Below, in pieces: positions 37,078-46,361 of a stretch of DNA of 64,000 nucleotides; the stretch's first letter is position 1; each line of letters starts with the position of its first letter. Under the pieces are notes generated by a model. The model made no database searches and was not told where the DNA came from. It saw nothing but the letters and a program-made list of their open reading frames with translations. The position numbers and the translations under genes are program-made. The DNA comes from a virus (taxonomy: Duplodnaviria; Heunggongvirae; Uroviricota; Caudoviricetes): IMG/VR virus record IMGVR_UViG_3300021399_000096; one strand, given 5' to 3'.

Positions 37078-38226
37078 TTAATATTTTTTGCCATCTATAC
37101 CTATTGACATTGATGTTTGCAAATCTTGTTCCATAATAGAACAGCTAAATATATGAGACAATTGAACATGTAATTCAATATTATCTTCATTAACTTTTAC
37201 ATTAAATGTAAAATATCCAGTACCAACACTAAGTTTTCCTCTATTAACCAAATTATCATAAAGTCCAGCATAATTTTCCTCGATTTCTTTACGCATTGAA
37301 CTAATTGTATCAATAGCATATTCAGACATTGTATGATCTTCTCTAATTGAATAATCTCCGCTATTATCAAAAACCTCATTAGTCTTTTTAGCATATGCCT
37401 CATAATCAGCTAATAGTCGATTATCTGTTTCAGCCATCTTAAAAAGTTGAGAAACTTTATCAACACTAAGTTTTCCTGGAATTGTATAAATAGCGTCAAC
37501 AAAAATTGCTTCTACAGAAAAATCAGCACCACCATGTTCAGCATTAATATCTAAACTGAAATGTTCAGAATACAAATTAAAGACTCCCGGTGTAACAGTG
37601 CCGTCTCCTATAGTATTTTCATCCATAAAATTTGTATACAAATCCCAAAGTTCATCTTGCAAAGCACCTTCAGAAGTATGATCACCCATTTCATTAAATA
37701 TACGTGCAAGCTCTTCAAACGGATACTTCTCCATAAGAATATTCATATACTCGTCACAATGATCTTCTTGAGAAACATCGAGAAAATCTTTGGCAGCTTT
37801 ATTCCAATCCTCAAAAGATTTTGTTCTGTCAAATAAACGTATATCAATATTAAATTGTGGCATATGATATTGGTCATACTTAGGATATCCAAGATATTTG
37901 GCATTCATTGGAATATATGAATTGTTATATATAATAAGAATATGCCAAATATGTGCTTCAATACCGTCTGCCCAACGAACAACATTATCTACATCTTTTA
38001 ACAAATGCTGATATTCATCTGCATAATTAGGCATATCTGCAAGAGAATTAACCCACTCGAGATAATCTTGTCGCATTATTTTCCATACTTTTTCCGGTGT
38101 ATTAATAGATTTATAGGAATGACCGTCCATTTGCATGAAACGCTGCATATCCTTAACTACATCGTCAGTATGACGATAAAAATTCTTTGCATACAGAACT
38201 ACATTTTTAATGTGTGATGTTTTCAT
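37078..38226 (-). CDS. Hypothetical protein, 382 aa
   Basis: Uninterrupted ORF, no TAG, own early promoter and downstream hairpin. Confidence 0.8.
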   Translation of the reverse strand: MKTSHIKNVVLYAKNFYRHTDDVVKDMQRFMQMDGHSYKSINTPEKVWKIMRQDYLEWVNSLADMPNYADEYQHLLKDVDNVVRWADGIEAHIWHILIIYNNSYIPMNAKYLGYPKYDQYHMPQFNIDIRLFDRTKSFEDWNKAAKDFLDVSQEDHCDEYMNILMEKYPFEELARIFNEMGDHTSEGALQDELWDLYTNFMDENTIGDGTVTPGVFNLYSEHFSLDINAEHGGADFSVEAIFVDAIYTIPGKLSVDKVSQLFKMAETDNRLLADYEAYAKKTNEVFDNSGDYSIREDHTMSEYAIDTISSMRKEIEENYAGLYDNLVNRGKLSVGTGYFTFNVKVNEDNIELHVQLSHIFSCSIMEQDLQTSMSIGIDGKKY

Positions 38227-38253
38227 ATTCGTATATTATTTTTAATTACGATG

Positions 38254-38291
38254 CAAAATTAATACTTTTTTCTTAAATTAAAAAATAGAAG
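38254..38291 (-). promoter_or_regulatory. Early-class promoter
   Basis: CTTCTATTTTTTAATTTAAGAAAAAAGTATTAATTTTG. Confidence 0.75.
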
Positions 38292-38292
38292 C

Positions 38293-38913
38293 TTAATAAT
38301 GTAAAACATTTATTACTTCAAAATTTAAAAGTTTTGCGCACATTGGCAGCAAATCTTTTTCAATATCCATTGATTGACGATCAAAATATGGTAGTTCGAT
38401 TCCGAATTTTTTCTTAAAACTCCAATAAAAATCATCATTTTCCTGATTATAAACTGGAATATATTTTTTCATATGGCATAATGTATACTTATGAATATAC
38501 TTAGCCATGAAATCTTTAGAGAATTTATCCGAATTTATATAATCTGGATTGTCAACGCGTTTAACAAATTCAATATTTCTAACATAATAAATATCATCTT
38601 GTTTTGTCCGATGCGTTTGATTTAATAAATCAAATTTTTGTGTACAATTTTCATCAACATAATATGGCCCATATGCTCTGCTACCAATATAATCATTGAT
38701 ACACTTTTCATTTAGTTTTCCACAGAAGCAATCATCATAAACAACTATATTATCCCCAACAAATTCATCTTTAAATGTAATACAGCTAGAACCATTAAAA
38801 CCTTCAAGGCTTACAAAATCAATTACCTTTCCGGTTTCAAGTGAAATAAAATCAATTGTTGGCTCTCCACATTCTTGTGGTCTATTAATAATTGCTAAAA
38901 CTTTTTGGTTCAT
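38293..38913 (-). CDS. Hypothetical protein, 206 aa
   Basis: Uninterrupted ORF, no TAG. Confidence 0.75.
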   Translation of the reverse strand: MNQKVLAIINRPQECGEPTIDFISLETGKVIDFVSLEGFNGSSCITFKDEFVGDNIVVYDDCFCGKLNEKCINDYIGSRAYGPYYVDENCTQKFDLLNQTHRTKQDDIYYVRNIEFVKRVDNPDYINSDKFSKDFMAKYIHKYTLCHMKKYIPVYNQENDDFYWSFKKKFGIELPYFDRQSMDIEKDLLPMCAKLLNFEVINVLHY

Positions 38914-38939
38914 ATATTAATTTATTTTTAATTATAATA

Positions 38940-38977
38940 CAAAAATAATACTTTTTTCGTAAATTAAAAAATAGAAG
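38940..38977 (-). promoter_or_regulatory. Early-class promoter
   Basis: CTTCTATTTTTTAATTTACGAAAAAAGTATTATTTTTG. Confidence 0.75.
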
Positions 38978-39001
38978 CTAATTTTTTAGCTCCTATTAAA
39001 A

Positions 39002-39874
39002 TTAAATATCTCCTGCAATATCACTATAACAACTGTCACATAACCATTCATAATGAGATTCATTACATATATCCCAATAATATGGATTACGAACATACGA
39101 TGCACCTTCTCGCCCACATCTACTACAATGCCATGGTGTATGTTTCAATCTTTCTAGTTCTTCTTCATATTGCCGTTTACGTTCTTCCTCTTCAGCGTGT
39201 TTTCTCAATATTTCAGCTTTTTCCTCATCTGAATAATCATATGGATCAAAAGCCCTAAATACACCAAGATCTATACGTTTAATACATTTTCCATGAGGAT
39301 CCACATTAGACCAATCAAATTCAGGAAATACACGTTCAATTGTTGATTGTCCACAAAATAGTAATTTTGATTTGTCTTTTACGTCCCAATATTTATATTC
39401 ATATGATCCTTTATTTTCCCTAAAAATTAAATGATTAGCCCAAATTTTTGCATGCTTAGTAAATATTTTTGAGGACTTTGTTTTCAATACAGGTTTATCT
39501 TCACCAAAATAAAGTACTAAATCATTATCTTGTGTAAAACATAACCACGGATCTACATTCTCAATGTAAATAGGTCCATTAAGATTATGAATGTCATAAC
39601 CGAAAAACTCATAAACTTCTTCAGGTGTAGTGTGGTAATCCCAAATATGTTTAATTTCCCATTGGTCTGCAGGTTTCTCCATAAAATGCAAAAGCATAAC
39701 ATCATGAAGTTCTCTCATATATCCTTCACGTTGTTCCTCAACCATATCAAAACCATCATCAACATACCCATGTTGAAGCGTCCATATTTGCCTTGGAACT
39801 TTTTTCAATGAGTTTCTATGAAAAGCCAAACAATGCGGTTGGAATGATAATTCATTTAATACTATTGTTGCCAT
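39002..39874 (-). CDS. Hypothetical protein with C-terminal CxxC...CxxC zinc ribbon, 290 aa
   Basis: CSRC...WLCDSC; no TAG. Confidence 0.75.
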   Translation of the reverse strand: MATIVLNELSFQPHCLAFHRNSLKKVPRQIWTLQHGYVDDGFDMVEEQREGYMRELHDVMLLHFMEKPADQWEIKHIWDYHTTPEEVYEFFGYDIHNLNGPIYIENVDPWLCFTQDNDLVLYFGEDKPVLKTKSSKIFTKHAKIWANHLIFRENKGSYEYKYWDVKDKSKLLFCGQSTIERVFPEFDWSNVDPHGKCIKRIDLGVFRAFDPYDYSDEEKAEILRKHAEEEERKRQYEEELERLKHTPWHCSRCGREGASYVRNPYYWDICNESHYEWLCDSCYSDIAGDI

Positions 39875-39875
39875 G

Positions 39876-40142
39876 TTACAAGTTGCTTTCTAATTTCTTA
39901 ATTAGTTTTTCAGATTTTTTTATTTTTCTTTTTTCTTCGGCAATCATTTGCTTTAATGTTAAAAAATAAATCGGGGCTTCACAACTAAATTCTTTACTGA
40001 ATTTTTTGCATTGATTTCTTAATGCACATATCTCAAAGCAGCATGGTTGCCCTTCTTTCCATTGCTTAGTATAATATTTCTTACCATTATATTCAATAAT
40101 GTCTCCTATTTGAGGATATTTTTTACAATTTGCTATTACCAT
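39876..40142 (-). CDS. Small Cys-rich hypothetical protein, 88 aa
   Basis: CCFEICALRNQC...C; operon spacing. Confidence 0.65.
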   Translation of the reverse strand: MVIANCKKYPQIGDIIEYNGKKYYTKQWKEGQPCCFEICALRNQCKKFSKEFSCEAPIYFLTLKQMIAEEKRKIKKSEKLIKKLESNL

Positions 40143-40152
40143 ATTAAATATT

Positions 40153-40899
40153 TTAATTAAATTTGATTGTATCAGACATTTTCATTTTAAATAAATTCAT
40201 TTCATGCATTCTGATAATTGCATTATCTGCAACTTCATCACCAGATGTTCCTTCACGAATGTATTTGTCAAGCTTCTCATAATTGAATCCCATTTTTTCA
40301 AATTTCTCATCATCAGGACAACTATGAGGAAGTCCGTCATCAGGAACTTTATAAACCCATTTCTTTGGAATTCCAAGTGCATCACCAGTCTGATAAAGCT
40401 CATGTACAGTCAACTCTGCAATCGGCTCAAAATCAGAAGCACCATCACCATACTTTGTAAAATAACCAATATAATTTTCACTTGCATTGCATGTACCAAT
40501 AACTCTGCCATTATTTGATTGAGAAATTGCATACAGCATAAGCATACGAACTCGTGGAGGAATATTTTGATCTGCCATAATAGTTGTTGTAATTCCAGCA
40601 CCAAATAAAGCACAATCAATTACCGAAGTAGGTCCTCCGATATTTACTGTAATAAATTTGATACCAAGATATTTGGCAATCTCATCAGCTTCATTTAAAT
40701 TTTGTTTTTTATCTGGAAGGCTAACTCCAATTACATGTTCTTTGCCAAGTGCTTTAGCACACAATGCCGCAACAATTGTACTATCTTTACCACCAGACAA
40801 TCCAATTACTGCATTACACCCTTTACCATTTTTATCAAACCAATCACGAATACCTTGTACCAATTGATCTTTTATTTTAACTGCATCAAATTTTTCCAT
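40153..40899 (-). CDS. nadE: NH3-dependent NAD+ synthetase
   Basis: VIGLSGGKDS PP-loop, NIPPRVRM, GTCNASE..IGYFTKYGDG..D..PI; no glutaminase domain. Confidence 0.92.
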   Translation of the reverse strand: MEKFDAVKIKDQLVQGIRDWFDKNGKGCNAVIGLSGGKDSTIVAALCAKALGKEHVIGVSLPDKKQNLNEADEIAKYLGIKFITVNIGGPTSVIDCALFGAGITTTIMADQNIPPRVRMLMLYAISQSNNGRVIGTCNASENYIGYFTKYGDGASDFEPIAELTVHELYQTGDALGIPKKWVYKVPDDGLPHSCPDDEKFEKMGFNYEKLDKYIREGTSGDEVADNAIIRMHEMNLFKMKMSDTIKFN

Positions 40900-41266
40900 A
40901 ATAATTATTTTTGAAATTTATTAATAAATTTTCAATATTTTCTTTAGCCACTGAATTTGCTGAATGAACATACCATTGTGGCAATTCTGTATTATTATCC
41001 ATACAATATTCAACAAGCCATTTTGCACAATCATATCCTTCACCATTTCCAATACCTAAATCATTGTCAAAACTAATAAGATCTGGCAAACCATTTTCTT
41101 TGATATAATTTTTAAACTCTGTTTGTGTTTTTGCCCAAAATATTCCACAAGGTTCATTCTCATCAAAAATGAAAAAATATTCTTTTTTGAGATATTGAAT
41201 CACCAGTTTCCATTCTGCCTTATTAAATGGATTTCTTATATCATCTAACCAAAGTATTGTTTTCAT
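40886..41266 (-). CDS. Cyclic-phosphate-processing receiver-like domain protein
   Basis: LWLDDIRNP...PDLISFDNDLG..GEGYDCAKWL...VHSAN. Confidence 0.8.
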   Translation of the reverse strand: MKTILWLDDIRNPFNKAEWKLVIQYLKKEYFFIFDENEPCGIFWAKTQTEFKNYIKENGLPDLISFDNDLGIGNGEGYDCAKWLVEYCMDNNTELPQWYVHSANSVAKENIENLLINFKNNYYGKI

Positions 41267-41289
41267 AATATTTTATAAAAATTTACAAT

Positions 41290-41499
41290 TTAATCTACGA
41301 TTATCCAATCATTTGCTCTTACATCACTAAGAGAAAAATCTTCACCAAGATGTAATAATTTAATTCCATCCTCTCCTTTAACCATTAGTCTAGTAGTATA
41401 TCCATCGGTAGTTTCTATCCAAAGAAAAGGGCCCCAAGATACTCTGCGAATTTTCTTTCCATTAAGAAAATCAGGCAAAATTTCAAATAAAGTTTTCAT
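41290..41499 (-). CDS. DUF2829/Tad2-like small protein (candidate cyclic-nucleotide sponge), 69 aa
   Basis: GKKIRRVSW...SDVRANDWIIV matches the GKKV.R..W...D..A.DW.IV family pattern. Confidence 0.6.
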   Translation of the reverse strand: MKTLFEILPDFLNGKKIRRVSWGPFLWIETTDGYTTRLMVKGEDGIKLLHLGEDFSLSDVRANDWIIVD

Positions 41500-41506
41500 A
41501 ATATTA

Positions 41507-42067
41507 TTATAAAATTTTTAAATCTTCAATCAACTTAACAGGAACACTCAACATAAAATTAGTTTCATTTGGATCAACAAGGTGCTCAATAAAATTTGGC
41601 AATTCTTTTTTATATTGTTTTGCCATAGAAGTTTTATTCTCTGTTGCATATCGAGTATTTGCCAACCGATCACAAAATTTTACAAATGCTGCAAATGGCG
41701 TAGCTTTAATTCCTGCATAGTATTTGTCATTTGCACGTTCTGCTCGATTTCTGCCTTTTTCATTAGTAAGTGCATATACGATTTCCGTTGCCATAATTGC
41801 ATCTTCATCATTATCAAAAAATCGTTTAGCTTCTTTTAAAACATCATTATATGTAAGGCGGGCATCCTCAATAGTATCATGAAAACATGCGCCAAATGCA
41901 ATAATGTATTTATACTTTTCAAATTCAGGAAAGTATTTTCCATATTCCATTGCATTTTCTAATACAGCTTTAAGATGAAAAATATAAGGTTTATCATCAA
42001 AAAACTGATTTACTTCAGCATGAATAGCTCCTGCAGTGTTAAGCATTGTTCTAATGTAATCTTCCAT
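41507..42067 (-). CDS. HD-domain hydrolase of the SpoT/Mesh1 (small alarmone hydrolase) type, 186 aa
   Basis: H...PYIFHL, ACFHDTIED, VYALT, VKFCDRLAN; ATG 42067 preferred because the promoter overlaps the longer start. Confidence 0.85.
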   Translation of the reverse strand: MEDYIRTMLNTAGAIHAEVNQFFDDKPYIFHLKAVLENAMEYGKYFPEFEKYKYIIAFGACFHDTIEDARLTYNDVLKEAKRFFDNDEDAIMATEIVYALTNEKGRNRAERANDKYYAGIKATPFAAFVKFCDRLANTRYATENKTSMAKQYKKELPNFIEHLVDPNETNFMLSVPVKLIEDLKIL

Positions 42068-42094
42068 AATTAATATATTTTTTAAATGTTGATG

Positions 42095-42132
42095 CAAAAT
42101 TAATACTTTTTCTTTAAATTAAAAAATAGAAG
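42095..42132 (-). promoter_or_regulatory. Early-class promoter of the HD-Tad2-receiver-nadE operon
   Basis: CTTCTATTTTTTAATTTAAAGAAAAAGTATTAATTTTG. Confidence 0.75.
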
Positions 42133-42150
42133 TTAAATAAAAATAGAAGT

Positions 42151-42387
42151 TTAAATACTATATCTCCACCATGTTACATATTCAATTTCATTTCCACTTA
42201 TCACTGAATAAAATTTTTCATTTTTAAAAATTGCTGGTGAAATTGGTTTCATACCCATTCCAAATGAACAATATACTCCTGAATTTTTAACAGGTTTTTC
42301 TTTTATACTATGCCATTTATAAAGTGCATAACCTTTTGGCAAACACCATTTGTTAATAAATGCCAAAAATTTTCTTTCATTTATCAT
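42151..42387 (-). CDS. Small hypothetical protein, 78 aa
   Basis: KWHSIKEKP...VTWWR pattern typical of small phage proteins. Confidence 0.6.
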   Translation of the reverse strand: MINERKFLAFINKWCLPKGYALYKWHSIKEKPVKNSGVYCSFGMGMKPISPAIFKNEKFYSVISGNEIEYVTWWRYSI

Positions 42388-42447
42388 AAACTATCTATAT
42401 TTTTTACTTTATAAATATTATAATAAAAATATTAAAAGTTTACAAAA

Positions 42448-44541
42448 ATGATGTTATTTGAAGGAAAATTTGATGGCATGTCACGTGCTGAAAAAATTGA
42501 ATTATTAAATAAAGCTAAAGATGCTTATTATAATTCGGGTGAAGAAATTATGTCTGATGCAGAATATGATGAATTAGAAAGATCAGTAGGTCTTGAGAAT
42601 AAATCATATATTGGTTCTGCTAAAGGAAACTATTCTGTTAAACATGCTTTTATTATGGGATCTATACAAAAAACTCAAATAAAGGAACAACGTGATGGAA
42701 CAGTTAATTGGAATACTGCCGCAGAAGATATTACAACAACGTTCAGAAAAGCTAATAATTGTCGATATATTGAAGCTACACCAAAACTTGACGGTTGTAG
42801 TTTTAGTCTTGAATTTATTAACATTAATAATAAAGCACACTTGCAGACATGTGCCACACGTGGTAATGGCCAATGGGGAACTGATATCAAGCATTGGTTT
42901 GAACCACTATTAGAAACAGAATATTGGGCTGCTATTGATGATGCCGTTCGACATTTTTGTGAAAATAATTCAGATGATATATTCTGTATAAGAGGTGAAG
43001 TTCTTATTCCAGAAAATAAATTTACTGAAGAATATTCAGAAACATATACTAATCCGCGTAGTTTAGTTGCTGGTGTTCTTGGATTAAAATTTGAAGATGT
43101 CACTCCAGAAAAATTAAAAGTTGGTCGTGATCTTCATTTTGTATGTTATGATTATCGAGTTTTTAGTAATGGAGAATATGAAGAAATTGATTGGATGAAT
43201 CCTAATGAAGAATCATATCAAGAAGTTAAACCATATTTGAATCATATTGGGGAACTTCCAGATTTTACTAAACTTTATGAATTTAATGGCAGAGTAGACG
43301 AAGATTTTGTTATATCTCTTTATAATGAATTTGATGAATATAGACATAATTCTCCATATGCTCTTGATGGTGTTGTTCTAAAACCGGAAGTCTCGGCTCG
43401 TCAGTATAATGAAAATAGAAATCGACCAGTAGATTGTATTGCTATTAAATTTATGCCGATGATTAATGCTACTGAGATTATTGATATTTCTTGGAGAGTT
43501 GGAAAAACCGGAGAATATTTCCCGACCGCTATTGTTGCTCCAATTACGATGCCAGATGGAAAAAAGATTAACCGTGCATCATTGCATAATTATGGATGGA
43601 TTATTAATAATGAATGCGGAATTGGTTCTAAAGTTCGTATTTCTCTTGCCGGCGATATTATTCCATTTGTTTATGAAATTGTTGAACATTCATCCCCAGA
43701 AGGAAATATGAATCTCCCAGAAAATACTCATATTGAGAGAGATGCTAATTCAGGTGCACTTCATTTAATGAAAGAATTTAAAGAAAACGAGGAAGAAGAA
43801 AATCAATTCTTAAATTCTGCTCTAACATTAAATATTAATACTATAGGTCCTGCGGCCGCCAGAGATATTTACGAGGCTTGCAGGGAAGCTTTTAGCCCAT
43901 TGACTAATATTTTATATGTTATGAATGAAGAAGGCTACAGGATGATTTATGATGTATTAGGTGATGGAAAATCTATTCAAAATTATGTTGAAAATATGCG
44001 TAATTTTGTTAGATATATTACATTGACAGATATTATTAAATCATTTAATTTCAAATCATGTGGAACAAAAGCTTCTGAAGTTTGTGCTAAGATTTTACTT
44101 GGACAACAATATTCAACCAGCTCACTTCCAGCTGAATCATATCAATGGGCATTGAATTCAAATAGCAGACAATATTATATGGTTATTAAAGCTATTGAAA
44201 TGCTTGATATGAGTTTAGAAGATTTTCAATCACAAGAAACTAAATATGATTTTGAAGGCGAGAAACAAAAAATTATTATGACGGGTTCTCCAGAAGAATT
44301 TGGTTATAAAACAAAAGCTGTTTTCTTGCAACAACATCCTGAACTGGAGGAGACAACTAAATTTACTGAATGCGATATTTTGGTTACAGATGATTTGGAA
44401 TCAAATAGTGGTAAAATGCAAAAAGCTAGAAAACTCGGAATTCCAATTAAAACATATGGAGAATTTGGTGGAAATAATTCGCAAGTTCAACAAAAAGAAA
44501 ATAAACAAGAATTTGATTTTAATTCAGAATCATTATTCTAA
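42448..44541 (+). CDS. ligA: NAD-dependent DNA ligase
   Basis: YY...MSDAEYDEL, PKLDG, TRGNG..G.D, RGE, NPR, DGVVLK, VGKTG, ASLHN, AGDIIP and a C-terminal BRCT; no TAG in 697 codons. Confidence 0.95.
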   Translation: MMLFEGKFDGMSRAEKIELLNKAKDAYYNSGEEIMSDAEYDELERSVGLENKSYIGSAKGNYSVKHAFIMGSIQKTQIKEQRDGTVNWNTAAEDITTTFRKANNCRYIEATPKLDGCSFSLEFININNKAHLQTCATRGNGQWGTDIKHWFEPLLETEYWAAIDDAVRHFCENNSDDIFCIRGEVLIPENKFTEEYSETYTNPRSLVAGVLGLKFEDVTPEKLKVGRDLHFVCYDYRVFSNGEYEEIDWMNPNEESYQEVKPYLNHIGELPDFTKLYEFNGRVDEDFVISLYNEFDEYRHNSPYALDGVVLKPEVSARQYNENRNRPVDCIAIKFMPMINATEIIDISWRVGKTGEYFPTAIVAPITMPDGKKINRASLHNYGWIINNECGIGSKVRISLAGDIIPFVYEIVEHSSPEGNMNLPENTHIERDANSGALHLMKEFKENEEEENQFLNSALTLNINTIGPAAARDIYEACREAFSPLTNILYVMNEEGYRMIYDVLGDGKSIQNYVENMRNFVRYITLTDIIKSFNFKSCGTKASEVCAKILLGQQYSTSSLPAESYQWALNSNSRQYYMVIKAIEMLDMSLEDFQSQETKYDFEGEKQKIIMTGSPEEFGYKTKAVFLQQHPELEETTKFTECDILVTDDLESNSGKMQKARKLGIPIKTYGEFGGNNSQVQQKENKQEFDFNSESLF

Positions 44542-44573
44542 AAAATAAAGAGGAATCAGTTAAGGTTCCTCTT

Positions 44574-45428
44574 TTAATTTTTTCTATATATTGGACGTAA
44601 CGGCAATCCGCAAAATCGATATTCATCTAAATTAATTTCACATGAACCTTTTAATTCTCGTTTAAATTGATCCATTATGAATTTATGTTGTTTTCCGACA
44701 ATTGACACTGCTCTTCCTGCATTATCTCCTTCAAAACTAGATGTCCATAAATGAACTTCAAAACCAATACCCATATCGCCAGATGGATTAAAACTACTTT
44801 TTCCGCATCTCAATCCGGCACATGGAACAAACATTGTTTTACTAATATCATTTTTTCCAATAAATAAAACACCATTCAAATCTTTAATATGACAATAATT
44901 CATTTTATATTCTTGTGTAGTATATTGAAATAATTCATCAAAATCTTCAGCAGTTGGAATATAATAATTTTGTCCTAATTTTATATGAACTGCATCATCT
45001 TCTAGTTCAAGCTAAGTTAAATTATCTGTATATCCTTTATATCCATCTTCACTGTTATGACAGTATTTTGTATATTCGGGCATTGTTGTTTTATTTAAAT
45101 ATGTTAAAACATTAAATTTATATGAAGATTCATCATAATTATCCTTTGGCTTAGTTTCTCCCCAAGCATAAAAATCACCCCACCATTCATGAGGCCAGGT
45201 TGCAGTTTCTGTTGGATTAGTCGCTCCGAGATTACATTTATACCATAGATTACCTGAAGGAAGATTAAAGTCCACGGTATCCCGCATTAAATCTAAATAT
45301 TCTTTAGTATAATCTCTATTCTAAATCTATCTAGATTTAATATTCTATACTTGTTCATCATCGAAATCATCTAGAGCTAACTAGATACCTCTATTGACTG
45401 CTTCTAATATTTTATTATAATTCTTCAT
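44574..45428 (-). CDS. Leader-A + VDLGLPSG domain paralogue, 284 aa
   Basis: Leader plus VDFNLPSGNLWYKCNLGA, FYAWGE, FVPCAG, LWTSS and LRPI. Confidence 0.85.
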
Positions 45429-45435
45429 AATTATT

Positions 45436-46284
45436 TTATAAATTTATTACTGGACGAATAAAAAGACCCCAATAACGGCAGTTACCATATATACCGATAC
45501 TACCTGAACTGAAGTACAAATAGTAAGCACGGCTTGGAGTATCTAAACTAAGACTTGAAGACCACAAGCCACAGTCAGAACCAACGCTATAATTATTAGA
45601 ATTACTACGATACCCCGCCGCCGGAATAAACAATTGGTTTCCATTATTTCCTTCAAATATTCTACCGTTCAATCCAAATACTCTGCCATTTAATTCTTTA
45701 ATTCCATCATCACACTTGTAATGTACTACATTATTAGGATCATAATTATCAACCCAATAACTTTTAGTATAATGTATTAGTTCTTCAAACTATTCTTTAG
45801 TTGGAATATGAAATTTAAAATTATATAATTTTTTATTCTAATATGCAACATCATCTTCTGGTAATAATTCTGTTAAATTATCAGTAAAACCATTTAAGCC
45901 ATATTTTGGATTATTGCAATATTTAGTTAATTTATTATAATCTTTTCCAAATTTATAATTACCCCAACTAAAATAAATTTCTCCGTCTTTATTTGTTTTA
46001 TTTCCTTCTAATTCACCCCAAGCATAATATTTTCCATACCAATCTTCGGCTTTAGATAATTGAGTTAAATCAACACCTAAATTATATTTACACCATAAAG
46101 TGCCAGAAGGAAGTCCTAAATCTATTACTTCGTCTCTTAACAAATCTAGATATTCTTTAGTATAATCTCTATTCTAAATCTATCTAGATTTAATATTCTA
46201 TACTTGATTTTCATCATCAAAGTCATCTAAAGCTAGCTGGACTCCTCTATTGATTGCTTCTAATATTTGTTTATAATTCATCAT
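45436..46284 (-). CDS. Leader-A + VDLGLPSG domain paralogue, 282 aa
   Basis: Close paralogue of 1476-2297 and 3137-3961; joins ORFs 45838-46143 and 45436-45672 via TAG. Confidence 0.85.
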
Positions 46285-46361
46285 ATTCAATATATTTATT
46301 AAAAAAGAGAAGATACTTTAATTAGTATCTTCTCAACATATAAAATATAAAAATACAAAAA

